DNA of 64,000 nucleotides from NCBI GenBank assembly GCA_041742535.1, contig JBGSIM010000022.1, positions 464 through 64,463 of the forward strand, in the 5' to 3' direction. The DNA comes from Cyclobacteriaceae bacterium (GTDB taxonomy: Bacteria; Bacteroidota; Bacteroidia; Cytophagales; Cyclobacteriaceae). The notes beneath the pieces were generated by a model. That model saw only the letters and a program-made list of their open reading frames with translations, was not told the DNA's origin and did no database searches. The position numbers and the translations under genes are program-made. Numbering within the stretch: the first letter of the stretch is position 1; every line of letters starts with the position of its first letter. Shown in pieces: positions 62,275 through 64,000 of the stretch.

Positions 62275-64000
62275 ATGAGGAAATTTTACGTATTACTTTT
62301 CATAGGGATTTTTTCTTTCGTGTCTGCCCAATCGCAGCAGTTAACGGGCAGGATTATTTCACCCACTGAGCCGGACGGTCTGCCTGGCGTGAACGTTTCT
62401 ATTAAAGGAACTTCATCGGGTGCTATAAGCGATATCAACGGTAATTTTTCCATTACTATTGAGTCAGGTTCAACCCTTATCTTTTCATTTATTGGTTATA
62501 AAACGCAGGAGCTACTTTATAACGGCCAAACCTCGGTTGTAATTACGATGGAGGAATCGGCCAGCGAGCTTGATGAGGTGGTGGTAGTTGGGTATTCTTC
62601 TATCATAAAAAGAAATATAACGGGGGCAGTTTCAACGATTAGTGCCGACAATCTAAAAAGTATTTCAGTCAATGGTCTTGATCAGGCTTTGCAGGGGCAA
62701 GTAGCAGGAGTGCAAGTCACACAATCTTCAGGTACACCCGGTGGAGGAGTTTCCATTCGTATTCGCGGAGCCACGTCTATTTCTGCTAGTAACAGACCGT
62801 TGGTGATTATTGATGGTATTCCTGTTGAAACAGGAGGGTTAGGAGCCAGGGATTTCGGAGGACAAAGCGATAATGCTCTTTCTCTACTAAATCCTAATGA
62901 CATTGAGACGTATACGGTGCTATCCGATGCATCCGCGAAAGCGCTGTACGGATCGCGGGCATCCAACGGAGTTATTGTTATTACAACCAAGCGAGGTAAG
63001 AATTCCCAAACTAAAATTTCGTTTGATGTGCAGCGGGGAATTATTGATCCGGTAAAAACATTAGATCTGTTAAATGCTTCCCAATTATTGGAATTGCAAC
63101 GCGAAGCAGTAACCAATGCCGATGAAAACCCTGATGGTTTTGGATTGATAGATGGCGTAACAGATGGGGTTAATACAAATTGGCAAGATGAGGTGTTGCG
63201 TAGAGGCATCATGCAACAATATCAACTATCGGCAGCCGGTGGCGATGAGAACACTCAATTTTATCTCAGTGGAAATTTCAGGGAAGAAGAAGGTGTTCAA
63301 CTTAATAATAAATTTCAACGTTACGGGTTTACCTTAAATCTTGATCAGAGACTTACGTCTAAACTTTCGGCATCAACTAGTATTTCACTTTCACGATCAC
63401 TTAACATGAGAGTGAAGGGTGATAATTTTTTGGATGGCGTTTATTCGGGGGCTGTGAAAAGCCTTCCGTTTAATGTTCCTTATGACGAAGAGGGTTTATT
63501 AGTGGGTCCGGCATCTGCACTCTATGCCGGGTTCCCGAATTTTAATCCGGTAGCTCAGGCATTGCTTCCACGATTTAATACGATCACGGCAAAAGCACTT
63601 GCCAATCTCAATTTAACGTATCAGATAAACAACAACTTGAGAATTAAGGCTCAAACAAGTTTAGATTATAACAATGTTACGGAGGATCAATATGAGAATT
63701 CTCAAACTGCCATTGGAGGGTTTCTTCCCAGCGTAGGCGGACAAGGCTATGGTGTATTCTCAGCCAATACCTACTCTAATGTTGACTCTTACCTTACGCT
63801 TTCGTATGACACAGAATTTGCCACAAAACATATATTAAATTTAGTAGCAGGTACTGAGTTATATCAGAGTTTTGCCAATGGTGGTAATGCTCAAGGCCGC
63901 TTATTTGCCAGCGATGATTTTACCTACATCCAATCAGCGGGTATTGTTGACAATGGCTCTTCTTACAAAGAACCTGCACACACAATCTTGTCTTTTTTTG
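62275..64000 (+). CDS. SusC/RagA family TonB-linked outer-membrane protein, 3'-truncated by window edge
   Basis: Not in the track (no stop in the window). ATG at 62275. Hand translation MRKFYVLLFIGIFSFVSAQSQQLTGRIIS..LPGVNVSIKGTSSGAISDINGNFSI (carboxypeptidase-regulatory-like domain), then the plug ..VVVVGYSS..TGAVSTISADNLK. Confidence 0.85.
   Translation, partial: MRKFYVLLFIGIFSFVSAQSQQLTGRIISPTEPDGLPGVNVSIKGTSSGAISDINGNFSITIESGSTLIFSFIGYKTQELLYNGQTSVVITMEESASELDEVVVVGYSSIIKRNITGAVSTISADNLKSISVNGLDQALQGQVAGVQVTQSSGTPGGGVSIRIRGATSISASNRPLVIIDGIPVETGGLGARDFGGQSDNALSLLNPNDIETYTVLSDASAKALYGSRASNGVIVITTKRGKNSQTKISFDVQRGIIDPVKTLDLLNASQLLELQREAVTNADENPDGFGLIDGVTDGVNTNWQDEVLRRGIMQQYQLSAAGGDENTQFYLSGNFREEEGVQLNNKFQRYGFTLNLDQRLTSKLSASTSISLSRSLNMRVKGDNFLDGVYSGAVKSLPFNVPYDEEGLLVGPASALYAGFPNFNPVAQALLPRFNTITAKALANLNLTYQINNNLRIKAQTSLDYNNVTEDQYENSQTAIGGFLPSVGGQGYGVFSANTYSNVDSYLTLSYDTEFATKHILNLVAGTELYQSFANGGNAQGRLFASDDFTYIQSAGIVDNGSSYKEPAHTILSFF

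Noticed and set aside
62682-63212. 176-aa minus-strand ORF
   Set aside because: It lies inside the SusC/RagA-type + strand frame, which has a clear signal peptide and plug motifs.
1-64000. CRISPR arrays, rRNA genes, transposases, integrases and prophage genes
   Set aside because: None seen. The only short periodic repeats are a 7-nt coding repeat and three 20-bp-period or palindromic operator-like pairs, none with CRISPR repeat-spacer architecture.

Overview
The window looks like a Bacteroidota chromosome segment (Cytophagia/Flavobacteriia-like). Evidence: PorP/SprF genes, a type-B T9SS C-terminal sorting domain, a SusC/RagA-type receptor and TAnnTTTG-type -7 boxes. It is densely coding, with about 75 protein genes and one tRNA (Cys-GCA). 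I could find no rRNA, CRISPR array, transposase, integrase or phage genes. All family calls come from reading motifs in the supplied translations; no database search was run.

Gene content, in order:
- A very large PKD-domain surface adhesin, truncated at the left edge and absent from the ORF track, divergent from a PorP/SprF gene.
- A RimK module (RimB-like protease, rimK, AstE/AspA-like gene).
- Two DUF2911 paralogs.
- A six-gene thioredoxin/OsmC/rhodanese operon behind a Crp/Fnr regulator, with a perfect TGTGA-N6-TCACA box.
- ffh and higBA.
- Molybdenum-cofactor genes (moeA, moaC ... moaE, moaD, moaA), split by an operon of ECF sigma, TonB_C protein, FG-GAP T9SS cargo and a PorP-OmpA fusion.
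- TauE, DsrE and a YfhO-family protein.
- galK with a sodium/solute symporter.
- A WYL regulator with twin palindromic sites upstream of small-molecule-binding genes.
- An ABC ATPase with TolC, and a membrane-spanning AraC-TPR regulator.
- rpsA and tRNA-Cys.
- An AT-rich orphan gene and several unassignable small genes.
- A PLD/YdjM pair, then a SusC gene truncated at the right edge.

I cannot point to a clearly novel system with confidence. The best candidates are:
1. The AT-rich membrane-anchored orphan next to tRNA-Cys, plus the adjacent orphan trio.
2. The ECF/TonB_C/T9SS-cargo/PorP-OmpA module.
3. The Crp-box-controlled sulfur-transfer/redox operon.
4. The RimK-protease-carboxypeptidase module.

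Several ORF-track starts appear over-extended and were trimmed.
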